From Acidobacteriota bacterium (GTDB lineage: Bacteria; Acidobacteriota; UBA6911; RPQK01; JAJDTT01): a stretch of 64,000 nucleotides of DNA. This document shows, one piece after another, positions 17,515 through 27,573 of the stretch (the stretch's first letter is position 1; each line of letters starts with the position of its first letter). Position numbers and translations under genes: made by a program. Below the pieces are notes generated by a model. The model did no database searches and had not been told where the DNA came from. It saw nothing but the letters and a program-made list of their open reading frames with translations. The stretch is taken from NCBI GenBank assembly GCA_965209055.1, contig OZ242374.1, forward strand, positions 4,032,001-4,096,000, in the 5' to 3' direction.

Positions 17515-19158
17515 ATGTCCGTATTTCGTCCTGATTCCCCGATAAAGCGCCGGAGTTTCCTGAAAAGGGCCATGGCTGGGTATCTCCTGGCGCCCGGAAT
17601 CCCGGTTCTCGCCGAGTCTCCGCTGACACTGTCCCGCGAGCATGTCAAGGCGGTTCACCGCAAGCGCCGGATCGTCATGATGCAGGACGCCTACGGCGAC
17701 GGCCACGGAGCGACTCCTTTTGGGGGCGATTTCGCCTCCTGGCTCCGCTACCGGTTCTCCTATCTGGACGAGCTGGAGACCCAGATCGACGCCATCTGGT
17801 GGGACATGGCCGCCCTGGCCGTCTATCCCAACCAGGGATTTCCGGCGGACGTCCAGGCGCGTTACGATGCCTTGGCCGGCGCAGGGACCGACCCTCTGAA
17901 GGCGTTGGTGGACGGTACCCACAGCCGGGGGCTGGAGGCCTTCTTCAACCACCGGATCAGCGAGGTGGAGCTGGACGGCAAGACCTTCCGGCTGAAGTCC
18001 GAGAACCCAGAATGGGTGATTCCCACCTGGTGGCCCCACGGCATGTGGAATCTGGCGGCCCCGGGACTGCAGGACTTCAAGCTCAGGAATTTGCGCTATC
18101 TGGCGGAGAATTACGACTTCGACGGCCTTCAGATCGACTTTGCCCGGCACACGCCCGTTCTTCCCCCCGGGCGGCAATGGGAGCTGCGGGAACGGGTCAC
18201 GGACTTCATCCGCCGGGTCCGGCTCATGCTCCTGGGTGTCGCGAAAAAACGCGGTCGTCCCTTCCTCCTGGCGGTGAGAGTGCCCAAGAGCGTCGAAGGC
18301 GCCAAGGCGGACGGCTTCGACCTGGAAACGTGGGCTCGGGGCCGCCTGGTGGACATCTTCACCATCGGAACCCGCTCGCAGGAGGTGGACGTGGCCTCCT
18401 TCCTGTCCATTGCGAAGGGCCGGGACATCAAGGTCCAGCCCTGCTGGGACGACCACCACGCTTCGGATGCCTACCAGTGGCAGCCCATCGAGTTCCTGCG
18501 CGGCGTGTACAGCAACTGGTGGCGCCAGGGCGCCGACAGCGTGGTCACCTGGAACTGGAGCAACGCGACGCGGAACACTTGCGTGCGTATGGGCATCCGT
18601 CCGGGTCCCGGCTCCCACGGCCAGGGGTATCGGGAGCTGGGAAGCCTGGAGAGCATGCGCCTTCGGGACAAGATCTTCGCCCTGGACCGGCGCGGGGCCT
18701 TTCCCTGGGCGGAAGGTTTCTTCAGCCGGAACGCCGACGCCCGCTTGCCGCTGCGCTTGAAGGAGGGAGGACAACCGGTCCGCCTGGATCTCAGGATCGA
18801 AGAGGCCGTGGCGGCCGCGTCTGATCGCGTCGACTCCCTCAAGCTCCGGATCGTGCTTTTCGGCGCCGGACCGGAGACGATGGTCCGGGCCCGTTTCAAC
18901 GGCGGCGCCCTGACTCCGGTCCTCAGGGATGCCGAGTGGAAGGATGTCCAGATTTTCTCGCCCCGTCCCCAACCCAATTCGGGGAGGGCGGCAAGGCAAC
19001 GCGTCGACCCGGACCAGAGGCTGCTCAGGATCGAATACGAACTCGATCCCAGCACCTGCAGGGTCGGCCTCAACACCACCGAGTTGGCCCTTTCGACTGA
19101 AGGGGCAGGCGAGGTGGTCAAACTGGAGAAGGTGGAGGTCCACCTCAACTATTCATGA
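17515..19158 (+). CDS. Tat-exported glycoside hydrolase-like (GHL10-type TIM barrel) protein
   Basis: RRSFLK Tat motif; HRKRRIV, YDFDGLQIDFAR, LAVRVP, DLETW. Confidence 0.65.
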   Translation: MSVFRPDSPIKRRSFLKRAMAGYLLAPGIPVLAESPLTLSREHVKAVHRKRRIVMMQDAYGDGHGATPFGGDFASWLRYRFSYLDELETQIDAIWWDMAALAVYPNQGFPADVQARYDALAGAGTDPLKALVDGTHSRGLEAFFNHRISEVELDGKTFRLKSENPEWVIPTWWPHGMWNLAAPGLQDFKLRNLRYLAENYDFDGLQIDFARHTPVLPPGRQWELRERVTDFIRRVRLMLLGVAKKRGRPFLLAVRVPKSVEGAKADGFDLETWARGRLVDIFTIGTRSQEVDVASFLSIAKGRDIKVQPCWDDHHASDAYQWQPIEFLRGVYSNWWRQGADSVVTWNWSNATRNTCVRMGIRPGPGSHGQGYRELGSLESMRLRDKIFALDRRGAFPWAEGFFSRNADARLPLRLKEGGQPVRLDLRIEEAVAAASDRVDSLKLRIVLFGAGPETMVRARFNGGALTPVLRDAEWKDVQIFSPRPQPNSGRAARQRVDPDQRLLRIEYELDPSTCRVGLNTTELALSTEGAGEVVKLEKVEVHLNYS

Positions 19159-20030
19159 AAATCAGAATTGCGACTTGCCAATTTCCCGTGACCAGCGACA
19201 TCCGGAGCAACCTGGGCTATGTGAAAAGACAGATGAAGGCGGCCCGCGACAAGGGAGCCGACCTGGCCCATTTTTCCGAGTGCTGCCTCGGCGGCTATGC
19301 CGGTGTCGACCTGCCTTCTCTTGAGGGTTACGACTGGGACCTGCTCCAGCGTTCAGCTCGGGAAGTGACCGAACTGGCCCGGGAATTGGGTCTGTGGGTG
19401 ATCCTTGGGTCGAACCATCGCCTGAGCGGCGGTCATCTTCCGCACAACAGCCTCTACCTCATCGATCCCCAGGGGAGGGTCGTGGACCGTTACGACAAGC
19501 GGTTCTGCACCGGTTCCAGGACCCAGGTCCAGGATGACCTGAGCCACTACAGTCCGGGCAACCGGTTCGTGGTCTTTGAAGTCAACAGTGTCCGTTGCGG
19601 CATCCAGATCTGCCATGACTTCCGCTATCCGGAGCTTTACCGGGAGTACAAACGGCGGGAGGTTCAGCTGATGTTCCACTCCTACCATAACGGCGGAATG
19701 ACGCTGGAGCACAAGCGGAAATATCACGACGTCTGGAAGGTGCTGGTGCTTGCCACCATGCAGACTTACGCCGCCAGCAACTACATGTGGATCAGTGTCA
19801 ACAATACGACGCGCCGCCACAGCAGCGGCTCGAGCTTCGTTGTGCAGCCGGACGGTCTGATCGCCGCACGGTTGCCGCTGCACCGAGCCGGAGTCCTGAT
19901 ATCGACCATCGATACCGAGGCGCCCTTTTACGACGCGTCGAAGGAATGGCGACCCCGGGCGATGCGTGGCGTGTTCCACAGCGGCACGCCGGTGGACGAT
20001 CTCCGGTCCAAAGACCGGACCTGCCTATGA
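19155..20030 (+). CDS. carbon-nitrogen hydrolase (nitrilase superfamily)
   Basis: E-K-C triad: FSEC, YDK, QICHDFRYPE. Confidence 0.9.
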   Translation: MKIRIATCQFPVTSDIRSNLGYVKRQMKAARDKGADLAHFSECCLGGYAGVDLPSLEGYDWDLLQRSAREVTELARELGLWVILGSNHRLSGGHLPHNSLYLIDPQGRVVDRYDKRFCTGSRTQVQDDLSHYSPGNRFVVFEVNSVRCGIQICHDFRYPELYREYKRREVQLMFHSYHNGGMTLEHKRKYHDVWKVLVLATMQTYAASNYMWISVNNTTRRHSSGSSFVVQPDGLIAARLPLHRAGVLISTIDTEAPFYDASKEWRPRAMRGVFHSGTPVDDLRSKDRTCL

Positions 20031-20128
20031 CCGGTTCCGTTGGTTTGTGACAGACAACGGAAACGCGGGCGTCTCACTCGAACTCCCGTTGGATTCAGCA
20101 CCCAGGTTTTCTCAGCGGATTTTTGGAG

Positions 20129-20326
20129 TCAGACTTTCCTCGCGCTTCCGGCAGCTTTGAGGATGGCGTTTGCCGTGTGGCGGCTCTTCAAGTTTCGAGG
20201 AATCACCGGAATTTTGCCGTTTTTCAGACGTTTCCATTTTTCGTGGGAACCCTTTGCGTTTTTCCAGTACGCGAAACCCCGTTTTGATATTTCTCTGGTT
20301 ACGGAATTGTAGAGACTGCCAGGCAA
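20129..20326 (-). CDS. hicA: HicA-family toxin
   Basis: KGSHEKW, SRHTANAILKAAG. Confidence 0.85.
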   Translation of the reverse strand: MPGSLYNSVTREISKRGFAYWKNAKGSHEKWKRLKNGKIPVIPRNLKSRHTANAILKAAGSARKV

Positions 20327-20327
20327 G

Positions 20328-20582
20328 CTATGCGGTCGCCCTTCCCATATCTGGATGCTGCCACAGAATTGCTGGGATCAAGTCCTTGAAAGAATGCTCA
20401 GCGATCTCTGGAGCAGTCCAGTGGTTCACAATAATCAATTCAGGGGCCACGTCCATCATGATGGTCTCGAACTCCTCTAGATCGGCTGCCTCGATATGTA
20501 AGCCTTCTATATCGCTTCGGGAGTAGAAGACCTCTGCTTCGGCATCCCAAACAGCTTGCACTCTAAAGACCCGCTTCATCAT
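20328..20582 (-). CDS. DUF1902 / HicB-like antitoxin
   Basis: VQAVWDAEAEVFYSRSDIEGLHIEA...PELI; directly upstream of hicA. Confidence 0.8.
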   Translation of the reverse strand: MMKRVFRVQAVWDAEAEVFYSRSDIEGLHIEAADLEEFETIMMDVAPELIIVNHWTAPEIAEHSFKDLIPAILWQHPDMGRATA

Positions 20583-20770
20583 TCGCTCTCCTGTTCGAAG
20601 AATCTAACCGAAGTCTACCACCACTTTTCGTCAGGAATGTTGTTCGGTGGCATGAGTTAACGATCCCAGGCCGCTTGCCGCCAAGAGTCGTAGCGAAGGC
20701 ATCATTCCCCAGATGGAAAAATGGCGATGGTACTCACCACATCTTCTTGGACTCCTTCGGATTTGCTCCG

Positions 20771-22408
20771 TCACCCATACCGGATCCAGACTCTCAATTC
20801 CTCCAGCGTCAGCAGTTCGGAAGGGTCTCCGGCGTCAGGAGGCTGAACCGTCACGAGGAAGGAATTCTCGCCGTACCGCAGGTCGCGGGTCTCCCAACCG
20901 GACCAGCCCGGCTGGTCCGCGCCTGCGGCGCGCGGACGGGGTTGGCCCTCTCCATTGACCCGCCAAGTGACACGGTCATCCGCGGTGGAGTCGGCCCACC
21001 GCGTCTCGACCTGGACGCTGCTGGCCCGTTCCGGCCGGTCGGCGATCTTCAACTTCAGTTCGAATCGGGCGGACCCCGCCTGGGTGGCGAAGGAGAGGGG
21101 CAGTTGTCCCGGCCAGAGGCTCTCGTTCATGTACCCGACCCGCTTCCGGTCCAGGTCGATCTGGTACATCTTGTCCAGGCCCGCCAGGACCTCCGGCTCA
21201 CCGATCTCATGGAGGGAGTCGAACCGGGCGGGGTCGAGGAAGTTGAAGGCGTGCAGGCCGTCCACCCCTTCGTCCCAGAGCCTGTAGGCGGCCCCCCGGA
21301 TCGCCTCCACGTGATCGAAGACGAACTTCCAACTCAGGCCGCCGTAAACCGGGATGCCGTGGTTCCGGCCCATTCGGATCCATTCCTGCACCGGAAAGGA
21401 GTAGGGGAGGGAACCGAAACCGGCGATCAGGAAGTCCACCCAGCCGCGGGCCACCCACTCCTCCACGTCCAGTCCCACCGCGAGGGCCAGATCGGGGGAG
21501 TCGGGGACTCTCATGGACAGGAGAATGGGCCGTCCCCTTTGTTTCCCGCGCTGCTCCAGGACCTGGTGGATGCGTTGGATGAGGTCGGTCATCACCGGCA
21601 GGTGGCGCCGCTCCTGTCCGTAGCGGAAGAGCAGGGGATGCCGGCACCAGTCCAGCTCGATCCCCTCCAGGTCGTAGCGCCGGCAGGCTTCCCGGACCAC
21701 GCCCAGGAAATGGTCCCGCACCTCGGGGCGGGCGTAGTCGTATGCGGGCCAGGAGAAGGAGATGGGGCCCAGCGAACTGTTGCGAAAACGGTCAATGGTG
21801 CGCCTGCCGCCGTTGCCCCAATACTCCAGCAGCGCGTCGTGAGGATGATCTGCGGATTCACCGTTGATCCAGGGCAGGAACGTTTCCTGGAACCGCTCGG
21901 GACTGATGCGGGACTGGAGGAGATGGGGGTTCTCCAGTTTGAGCGGAGTCCAATACTGGATCCCCGAGTAAACGGCGCAATGGACGTCGTTCATGCGGAT
22001 GGAGAAGAAAAACTCCATGTTGTTGTCGTGGGCGAACGTCACGGCGGGCTGGACCGGATCGGGGCCCAGGGCCTGGATGTTTTTGCGGGGCAATTCCCAA
22101 TGAGGGATGGTGGCCAAGCCGCAGTGGGCCAGTCCGTTGACGTGGGTCCCCTTGAGATGGTTCATGCGCAGGGCGAGATAGTCGTCGACAGAATCGAACC
22201 GTTTCGGCCAGTGAGGGCGCCGTCCCAGATCCTGGGCTATCCCCGCCAGGTCGTCGGCGTCGTTGTTCCAGATGATCCGTTTCTTGCGGCTGCTTTGCTT
22301 GGATTGCTCTTTGCCCGGGGAGCAGCCGGATCCAGCGAGGGCGGGCAGCAGCGTCGTGGCGGTGGTAGCCGCCGCCGTGTTTTTGAGGAATCGTCTTCGG
22401 TTCTGCAT
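20771..22408 (-). CDS. Tat-exported glycoside hydrolase-like (GHL10-type) protein
   Basis: RRRFLK; RIIWNNDA, SIRMNDVH, DYARPEVR, YDLEGIELDW, GVDGLHAFN. Confidence 0.65.
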   Translation of the reverse strand: MQNRRRFLKNTAAATTATTLLPALAGSGCSPGKEQSKQSSRKKRIIWNNDADDLAGIAQDLGRRPHWPKRFDSVDDYLALRMNHLKGTHVNGLAHCGLATIPHWELPRKNIQALGPDPVQPAVTFAHDNNMEFFFSIRMNDVHCAVYSGIQYWTPLKLENPHLLQSRISPERFQETFLPWINGESADHPHDALLEYWGNGGRRTIDRFRNSSLGPISFSWPAYDYARPEVRDHFLGVVREACRRYDLEGIELDWCRHPLLFRYGQERRHLPVMTDLIQRIHQVLEQRGKQRGRPILLSMRVPDSPDLALAVGLDVEEWVARGWVDFLIAGFGSLPYSFPVQEWIRMGRNHGIPVYGGLSWKFVFDHVEAIRGAAYRLWDEGVDGLHAFNFLDPARFDSLHEIGEPEVLAGLDKMYQIDLDRKRVGYMNESLWPGQLPLSFATQAGSARFELKLKIADRPERASSVQVETRWADSTADDRVTWRVNGEGQPRPRAAGADQPGWSGWETRDLRYGENSFLVTVQPPDAGDPSELLTLEELRVWIRYG

Positions 22409-22444
22409 GGTCCCTCCTGGCGGACGGGCGACTGTCTTGTCGCA

Positions 22445-22548
22445 GGAGGGGCGATTTCTAATCGCCCAATCTTCGTTGCTGAATTGGCATTGTGAAGATC
22501 GGCGGTTGGAAACCGCCGCTCCTTCGGCGGCAAGAAAGCCGCCGCTCC
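22445..22548. repeat. REP-like palindrome cluster (GGAGCGGCGGTTTCCAACCGCC family)
   Basis: GGAGGGGCGATTTCTAATCGCCC (22445-22467), inverted GGCGGTTGGAAACCGCCGCTCC (22501-22522), degenerate copy 22526-22548. Confidence 0.75.
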
Positions 22549-22552
22549 CGGA

Positions 22553-23950
22553 TCACTCGCTGATGCAATAAAGAGCGTCCTGGCTGCGCAGAAAGAGCTG
22601 GTTGTCAACGATGACCGGCGACGAGATGAAGAAGTGGTCCGGCATGGAGTTGACCGCCTCGACGTTGTATTCCTCACCCATTTTGAGAACGATGACGTCA
22701 CCCTGTTCGCTGGCCAGGTAGAGCCGGCCCCCGGACCCCACCGGCGAGGCCTTGAACTGGTAGGGATTGGGCAGGCGCTGCTGGTGGTAGAAGGGTTTGC
22801 CCGTGTCGGCGTCGAAGCAGCTGATGAGTCCCCGGTCCGTCAGCACGTAGAGCTTCCCGTCGGCATAAACGGGACAGGCGGTGTAGGCGTTCCCCCGTTG
22901 GTTGGTCCAGAGGACCGCGTCCGTATCGGTCAGGTCACCCGTTCGGTCCAGTCGAATGGCCAGCATGTTGGGACTGCGGTGCCCCGTCATCACGATCACC
23001 GTGTCCCGGTGGCGGACCGGTATGGGGACCGGGTTCAGTCCCAGCCCGCCGCATTCCCAGATCAGGTCGCCGTTGGCGATGTCGTAGCTGCGGACCCGGT
23101 TGTCTCCGGTCACAATGACCTGGGTTTTTCCCGAGTGCTCCGTGACCAGCGGAGTGGTCCAGGTGCTCCGCTCGTCCCGGTCGCGGCGCCACAGTTCTAT
23201 CCCCGTATTTTTGTCCAGAGCCATGATGAAGGACTGGCCTTCATGGTCGAAGTTGAGAATCAGAGTATCGCCGTGAAGGACCGGCGCCGTCCCCTCACCG
23301 AAACCGTTGCGCATTCTCATTTTCACGCCGAAGTTCTTTTTCCAGGCCAGATTCCCGTCCAGGTCGTAGACGAAGAGGCCCCGGGAGCCGAAGAAGGCGT
23401 AGAGGTGGCGGCCGTCGGTGGCAGCGGAATTGGAGGCGAAGCTGCCGTAACGCCGGTGGTAGCCCTCGTGAGGCGTCTCTTTGGTTGCTGTCTGCCGCCA
23501 CAGGATCTTTCCCGTCTCCTTGTCCAGGCACAGGACCTCGAACTTGTGCTCCACCAGGGTCATTTGCATGCGGCGCCGGAATCGTTCCCGCAAGCGCCGC
23601 CGTTCCGGGTCGGGCCTGCCCTCGCCTCCTCTCTCCGCTCGCGGCCGCCGGGGAGGCCGATTCGGACCGCGTCCCGTTGCGTCGGGGATGGGGGACGTGG
23701 GGATGGCGGTGGTCAGGTAGATCCGGTCTTTCCAGATGATGGGTGTGGAATGCCCCTTCCCGGGGATGGGAGTCATCCACTTGACGTTTTTGGTGGTGCC
23801 CCACCGGACCGGCGCTCCCGTGCGGGCCATGCCGGTGTTGTCGGGACCGCGCCAGTTGGGCCATTGGTCATCGAAATCGGCCGGGGGCGGAGACGCGGCG
23901 GCCAGCGACAAGCCCAGGATACCGGCAAAGATCAAAGATGTTCTTTTCAT
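22553..23950 (-). CDS. PQQ-binding-like beta-propeller protein (BamB-like)
   Basis: signal peptide, QWPNWRGP, GHSTPIIW, ASPV, SSPVI repeats. Confidence 0.88.
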   Translation of the reverse strand: MKRTSLIFAGILGLSLAAASPPPADFDDQWPNWRGPDNTGMARTGAPVRWGTTKNVKWMTPIPGKGHSTPIIWKDRIYLTTAIPTSPIPDATGRGPNRPPRRPRAERGGEGRPDPERRRLRERFRRRMQMTLVEHKFEVLCLDKETGKILWRQTATKETPHEGYHRRYGSFASNSAATDGRHLYAFFGSRGLFVYDLDGNLAWKKNFGVKMRMRNGFGEGTAPVLHGDTLILNFDHEGQSFIMALDKNTGIELWRRDRDERSTWTTPLVTEHSGKTQVIVTGDNRVRSYDIANGDLIWECGGLGLNPVPIPVRHRDTVIVMTGHRSPNMLAIRLDRTGDLTDTDAVLWTNQRGNAYTACPVYADGKLYVLTDRGLISCFDADTGKPFYHQQRLPNPYQFKASPVGSGGRLYLASEQGDVIVLKMGEEYNVEAVNSMPDHFFISSPVIVDNQLFLRSQDALYCISE

Positions 23951-24141
23951 GAATTCTCCCTCCCAGCATCGTCAGGCTTGGTACCGGTTCCAAGAGACGG
24001 CGGGTCTGTTCGCGACAATAGCAGTCCCTGGCGAAAGTCGCCACGCCGGTCCCGCGGTTTTGGCGACCCGTATAATTCGGGCTGCTACAATACGGCGCTG
24101 CGATTGCAACGATTGAGGATTGGAACCGAGGAGAACTCGAA

Positions 24142-25575
24142 ATGAATCAGATCTACACCCTGTTCACCGTCATGACTCTCTCTCTGGCCACCGCCATCGC
24201 CGGCGTCATCGACATCGGCTCGCGCCGGGAGCTGTTCGTGGACCAGCACATGATCCACGAGATCACGGGCGACGCCCGCCTTCAATTGCATCGGCCCGAG
24301 CCACAGGAAGTGGTCCTCGTGACGGGCGAGCCCTGGGAGGGGAACACCAGCGCCTACTACACCATCTTCCAGGACGGCGATCTGTACCGCATGTACTACC
24401 GCGGATCGAACTGGGATGTGGAGGCCAGGAAGGCCACTCATCCGGAGGTGACCTGTTATGCCGAGAGCCGTGACGGGATCAATTGGACCAAGCCCAATCT
24501 GGGGATTGTGGAGTACGAAGGATCGAAACAGAACAACATCATCCTGGACGGGATCGGCACCCATTGTTTCGTTGCCTTCAAGGACGGCAATCCCGACGCT
24601 CCGCCGGAGGCGCGTTACAAGGGGATCTCCCGGGGCCGTCCTCTGGGAAAGAAGGGACTCTACGTCTACCAGTCTCCCGACGGCATCCATTGGAAACTGA
24701 TCCGGAACGAGCCGGTCATCACCGAAGGGGCATTCGATTCTCAGAATCTGGCTTTCTGGGATCCCCGAATCGGCAAGTACCGCGAGTACCACCGCATCTT
24801 CGTCAACCGGGTACGCGCCATCATGACCGGCACCTCCGACGACTTCGTCAACTGGACCGACCCAGTGCTCCTGAAATACCCGGGCGCGCCCAACCAGCAC
24901 CTCTACACCAACGCCATCCAGGCCTATCACCGGGCGCCCCACATCCTCATCGGATTTCCCACGCGCTATCTGCCTGACGAGGGGCAGCGGGTGGAGCCCA
25001 TCTTCATGGCCAGCCGCGACGGGCTCACCTTCCACCGTTGGAACGACCCGGTAATTCCCGAAACCGCGCCCAAGGACCGCGCGGGGAACCGCAGCAACTA
25101 CATGACTTGGGGCCTCCTGGAACTGCCGGACCGCCCCGGCGAGATGTCGGTGTACGCCTCCGAGGCGTACTACGAAGGGCCGGACACGCGGCTGCGGCGT
25201 TTCAGCTTTCGCAGCGACGGTTTCGTGTCGGCCAGCGGCGGCCCCGGAGGCGGGGATCTGGTCACCCACGCGCTCAAGTTCTCGGGCAGCCGTCTCGAGG
25301 TGAATTTCCGGGCCCGCCCTGGAGGTCAGCTTCGGGTGGAGTTTCAGGACCAGGAGGGCGCTCCGATACCGGGCTATTCCCTGGTCGATTGCCCGGCCCT
25401 GACCGGCGATTCAACCCGGATCATCGTCAACTGGAAGCAGTGTCCCTGCAGCCAGGAAACCCCCGGCGAAGAAGAGACGATCCAGCCCGACGTGGGATCC
25501 CTGGCCGGACAGACGATCCGGATCCGGTTCCGCTTGGAAAACGCGGACCTCTACTCCTTCCGCTTCAGCGATTGA
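24142..25575 (+). CDS. secreted five-bladed beta-propeller glycosidase-like protein
   Basis: signal peptide; RRELFVD, PWEG, YAESRDGINWTKP, SPDGIHW, FDSQN, DGFVS, DLYSF. Confidence 0.65.
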   Translation: MNQIYTLFTVMTLSLATAIAGVIDIGSRRELFVDQHMIHEITGDARLQLHRPEPQEVVLVTGEPWEGNTSAYYTIFQDGDLYRMYYRGSNWDVEARKATHPEVTCYAESRDGINWTKPNLGIVEYEGSKQNNIILDGIGTHCFVAFKDGNPDAPPEARYKGISRGRPLGKKGLYVYQSPDGIHWKLIRNEPVITEGAFDSQNLAFWDPRIGKYREYHRIFVNRVRAIMTGTSDDFVNWTDPVLLKYPGAPNQHLYTNAIQAYHRAPHILIGFPTRYLPDEGQRVEPIFMASRDGLTFHRWNDPVIPETAPKDRAGNRSNYMTWGLLELPDRPGEMSVYASEAYYEGPDTRLRRFSFRSDGFVSASGGPGGGDLVTHALKFSGSRLEVNFRARPGGQLRVEFQDQEGAPIPGYSLVDCPALTGDSTRIIVNWKQCPCSQETPGEEETIQPDVGSLAGQTIRIRFRLENADLYSFRFSD

Positions 25576-25597
25576 GGGTTCAAGGATGCCAGCGAGC

Positions 25598-25622
25598 GCA
25601 GGGGCGGCCCTCGTGGCCGCCC
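25598..25622. repeat. GTAG-type REP-like hairpin between convergent genes
   Basis: GCAGGGGCGGCCCTCGTGGCCGCCC. Confidence 0.55.
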
Positions 25623-25630
25623 TTTGCCGT

Positions 25631-26578
25631 TCAGGCCGATCGGTCGGTGTGCAGCAGGTCGACCAACTGAAGAAAAAGGCGATCGCGGCGCGACTGCCGC
25701 TCCTCGATCCGTTCGGGAGTGTATTCGTAGATTCCCCGTCCGCTCTTGACTCCATAGTGCCCTTCCTGCACCAGGCGGCCCACGGCGGGCGGCAGCTTCC
25801 GGCTTGACGCGATCTCCTTCAGCAGGTGGCCGAAGACGTGCCCGGTGATGTCGAGGCCGGCGAAGTCCGCGATCTCGAAGGGTCCGGCTGCGGCCAGGCG
25901 GAGTCCGATGCTGGCGCTCACCGCCTGGTCGACCTGTTCCGGGGTGGCGACGCCCTGTTCCACCAGATCCCAGATCTCCCGGAAGACGGCGGCCTGAATC
26001 CGGTTGACCAGGAACCCGGGAACTTCCTTGTGAAGCCGGATCGCCAGCTTGCCGTTCCGCTCCAGCAGGTCCATGGTCCTCCCAACGGTTTCCTCATCGG
26101 TCTCGCGGCCGGGCACGACTTCCACCAGGGGGATGATGTGGGGCGGATTGAACCAGTGGGTGACCAGCGTCCGTTGGGGATGCCGGAGACTGCGGGCCAT
26201 CTCGGTCATGGGAAAGGTGGAGGTGTTGCTGGCCAGGACCGTCTCCTGGGAAACGAGATCCTCCAGCCGTTTGAACAGATCCTTCTTCGTGGGAAGATCT
26301 TCCCGGATCGCCTCCACGACGAAATCGGCTCCCTGGACGGATGGTTCCAACTCGGAGACAACCTCGATCCGGCCGAGCACCACCTCCGGATCCAGTCCCG
26401 GGGGGAGCCCCAGCCGGGCCTTCTGTTCCATGTTGCCGCGGATCCGGTCCTTCAGCGTGTCCCGCGCCCGGGCTGCGGAATCGTAGCAGCGGACGCGATG
26501 GCCGGTTGAGGCGAAGATCTGGGCGATCCCGTGCCCCATGGTTCCCAGGCCCAGTACGGCGATACGTTCGGAAGCCAT
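25631..26578 (-). CDS. 3-hydroxyacyl-CoA dehydrogenase family protein
   Basis: GLGTMGHGIA, VVEAIRED..K, LASNTS, HWFNPPHIIPLVE, PGFLVNR, GLD, GVKSGRG. Confidence 0.92.
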   Translation of the reverse strand: MASERIAVLGLGTMGHGIAQIFASTGHRVRCYDSAARARDTLKDRIRGNMEQKARLGLPPGLDPEVVLGRIEVVSELEPSVQGADFVVEAIREDLPTKKDLFKRLEDLVSQETVLASNTSTFPMTEMARSLRHPQRTLVTHWFNPPHIIPLVEVVPGRETDEETVGRTMDLLERNGKLAIRLHKEVPGFLVNRIQAAVFREIWDLVEQGVATPEQVDQAVSASIGLRLAAAGPFEIADFAGLDITGHVFGHLLKEIASSRKLPPAVGRLVQEGHYGVKSGRGIYEYTPERIEERQSRRDRLFLQLVDLLHTDRSA

Positions 26579-26583
26579 GGGAC

Positions 26584-27570
26584 TCAACTCGTTCCGGCGC
26601 CGGACGCGACGGTCGCCCGTCCCATGATCTGACCGATGATGTCCAGGCCGACCTTCTCGCTCCAGGCGTCCATGAGGCGGTGGTAAACAGGTCCGCCGGC
26701 CTTGCCGTCCCCGATGACCGCCCCGTTGATCCGGGTCACCGGAGCAAGGCAATAGGGTGTGGTCAGAAGGAGCGCCTCGTCGGCGTTCATCACGTCGTAG
26801 ACTTGGAAGTCCCGCTGCTCGAAGGGAATGCCCAACTCCCGGCAGAGCTCGGAGACGGTCAGCAGGGTCACTCCCGGCAGGGTGTTGCGAGAGGTAGGAG
26901 CGACGACTGCGCCATCCTGCACGATGGCGAAGTTTGAGCCGCTGGTCTCAGTCACGTTTCCGTCCAGATCCAGCAACAGAGTGATTCCCCGGGGATCCAC
27001 CTGTTGGGTCTCCTGGTCCGCCAGCCACATGTGCATTCGGCTGCGATGTTTGATCTTGGAGTCCACGCATTGAGGAGGGTAGTGGCGGATCGAGGGAGTG
27101 ACCACGTGAGCCCCCTCCGTGAAGAGATGGGTGAAGGCCTCGAACGGAACGGGGAAGGTGTGGATGCATAGGGTGGGCACCATCTGCTTGGGGGTTCCAG
27201 GCAGTGCGGAATAGGAGGCGATCTCCCCGGCCGTCATGAAGTGAACCAGCGATAGTTCCCGGTCGGGAGGAAGGAGCCTCGTGTTGTGGCGGACCAGTTC
27301 CCGGGAGATCTCCTCTGTCCGGTCCCGGCCGAAGGGAGGCTGGATCCGGGTGTACCGGGCTGACCGGTAGAACCGGTCGACGTGATCTTCCAACCGGAAG
27401 GGTTTGTGGTGGAACGTACGCGTCATGTCCGTCACGGTGGCTCCCAGGATGATTCCTGCGTCGAATATGGCAATGGAGGCCTGGGAAGCCGGGACCATTC
27501 GGTCCTTGAGGAAGACCAGCGGTTCCTGGCCGGCGCCGGAGTCCGGAATGAGGGGAATCTGGCTTGACAT
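26584..27570 (-). CDS. class IV PLP-dependent aminotransferase
   Basis: RTF, RLEDHVDRF, KIKHRSR, TETSGSNF, LPGVT, ADEA. Confidence 0.9.
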   Translation of the reverse strand: MSSQIPLIPDSGAGQEPLVFLKDRMVPASQASIAIFDAGIILGATVTDMTRTFHHKPFRLEDHVDRFYRSARYTRIQPPFGRDRTEEISRELVRHNTRLLPPDRELSLVHFMTAGEIASYSALPGTPKQMVPTLCIHTFPVPFEAFTHLFTEGAHVVTPSIRHYPPQCVDSKIKHRSRMHMWLADQETQQVDPRGITLLLDLDGNVTETSGSNFAIVQDGAVVAPTSRNTLPGVTLLTVSELCRELGIPFEQRDFQVYDVMNADEALLLTTPYCLAPVTRINGAVIGDGKAGGPVYHRLMDAWSEKVGLDIIGQIMGRATVASGAGTS

Positions 27571-27573
27571 GGT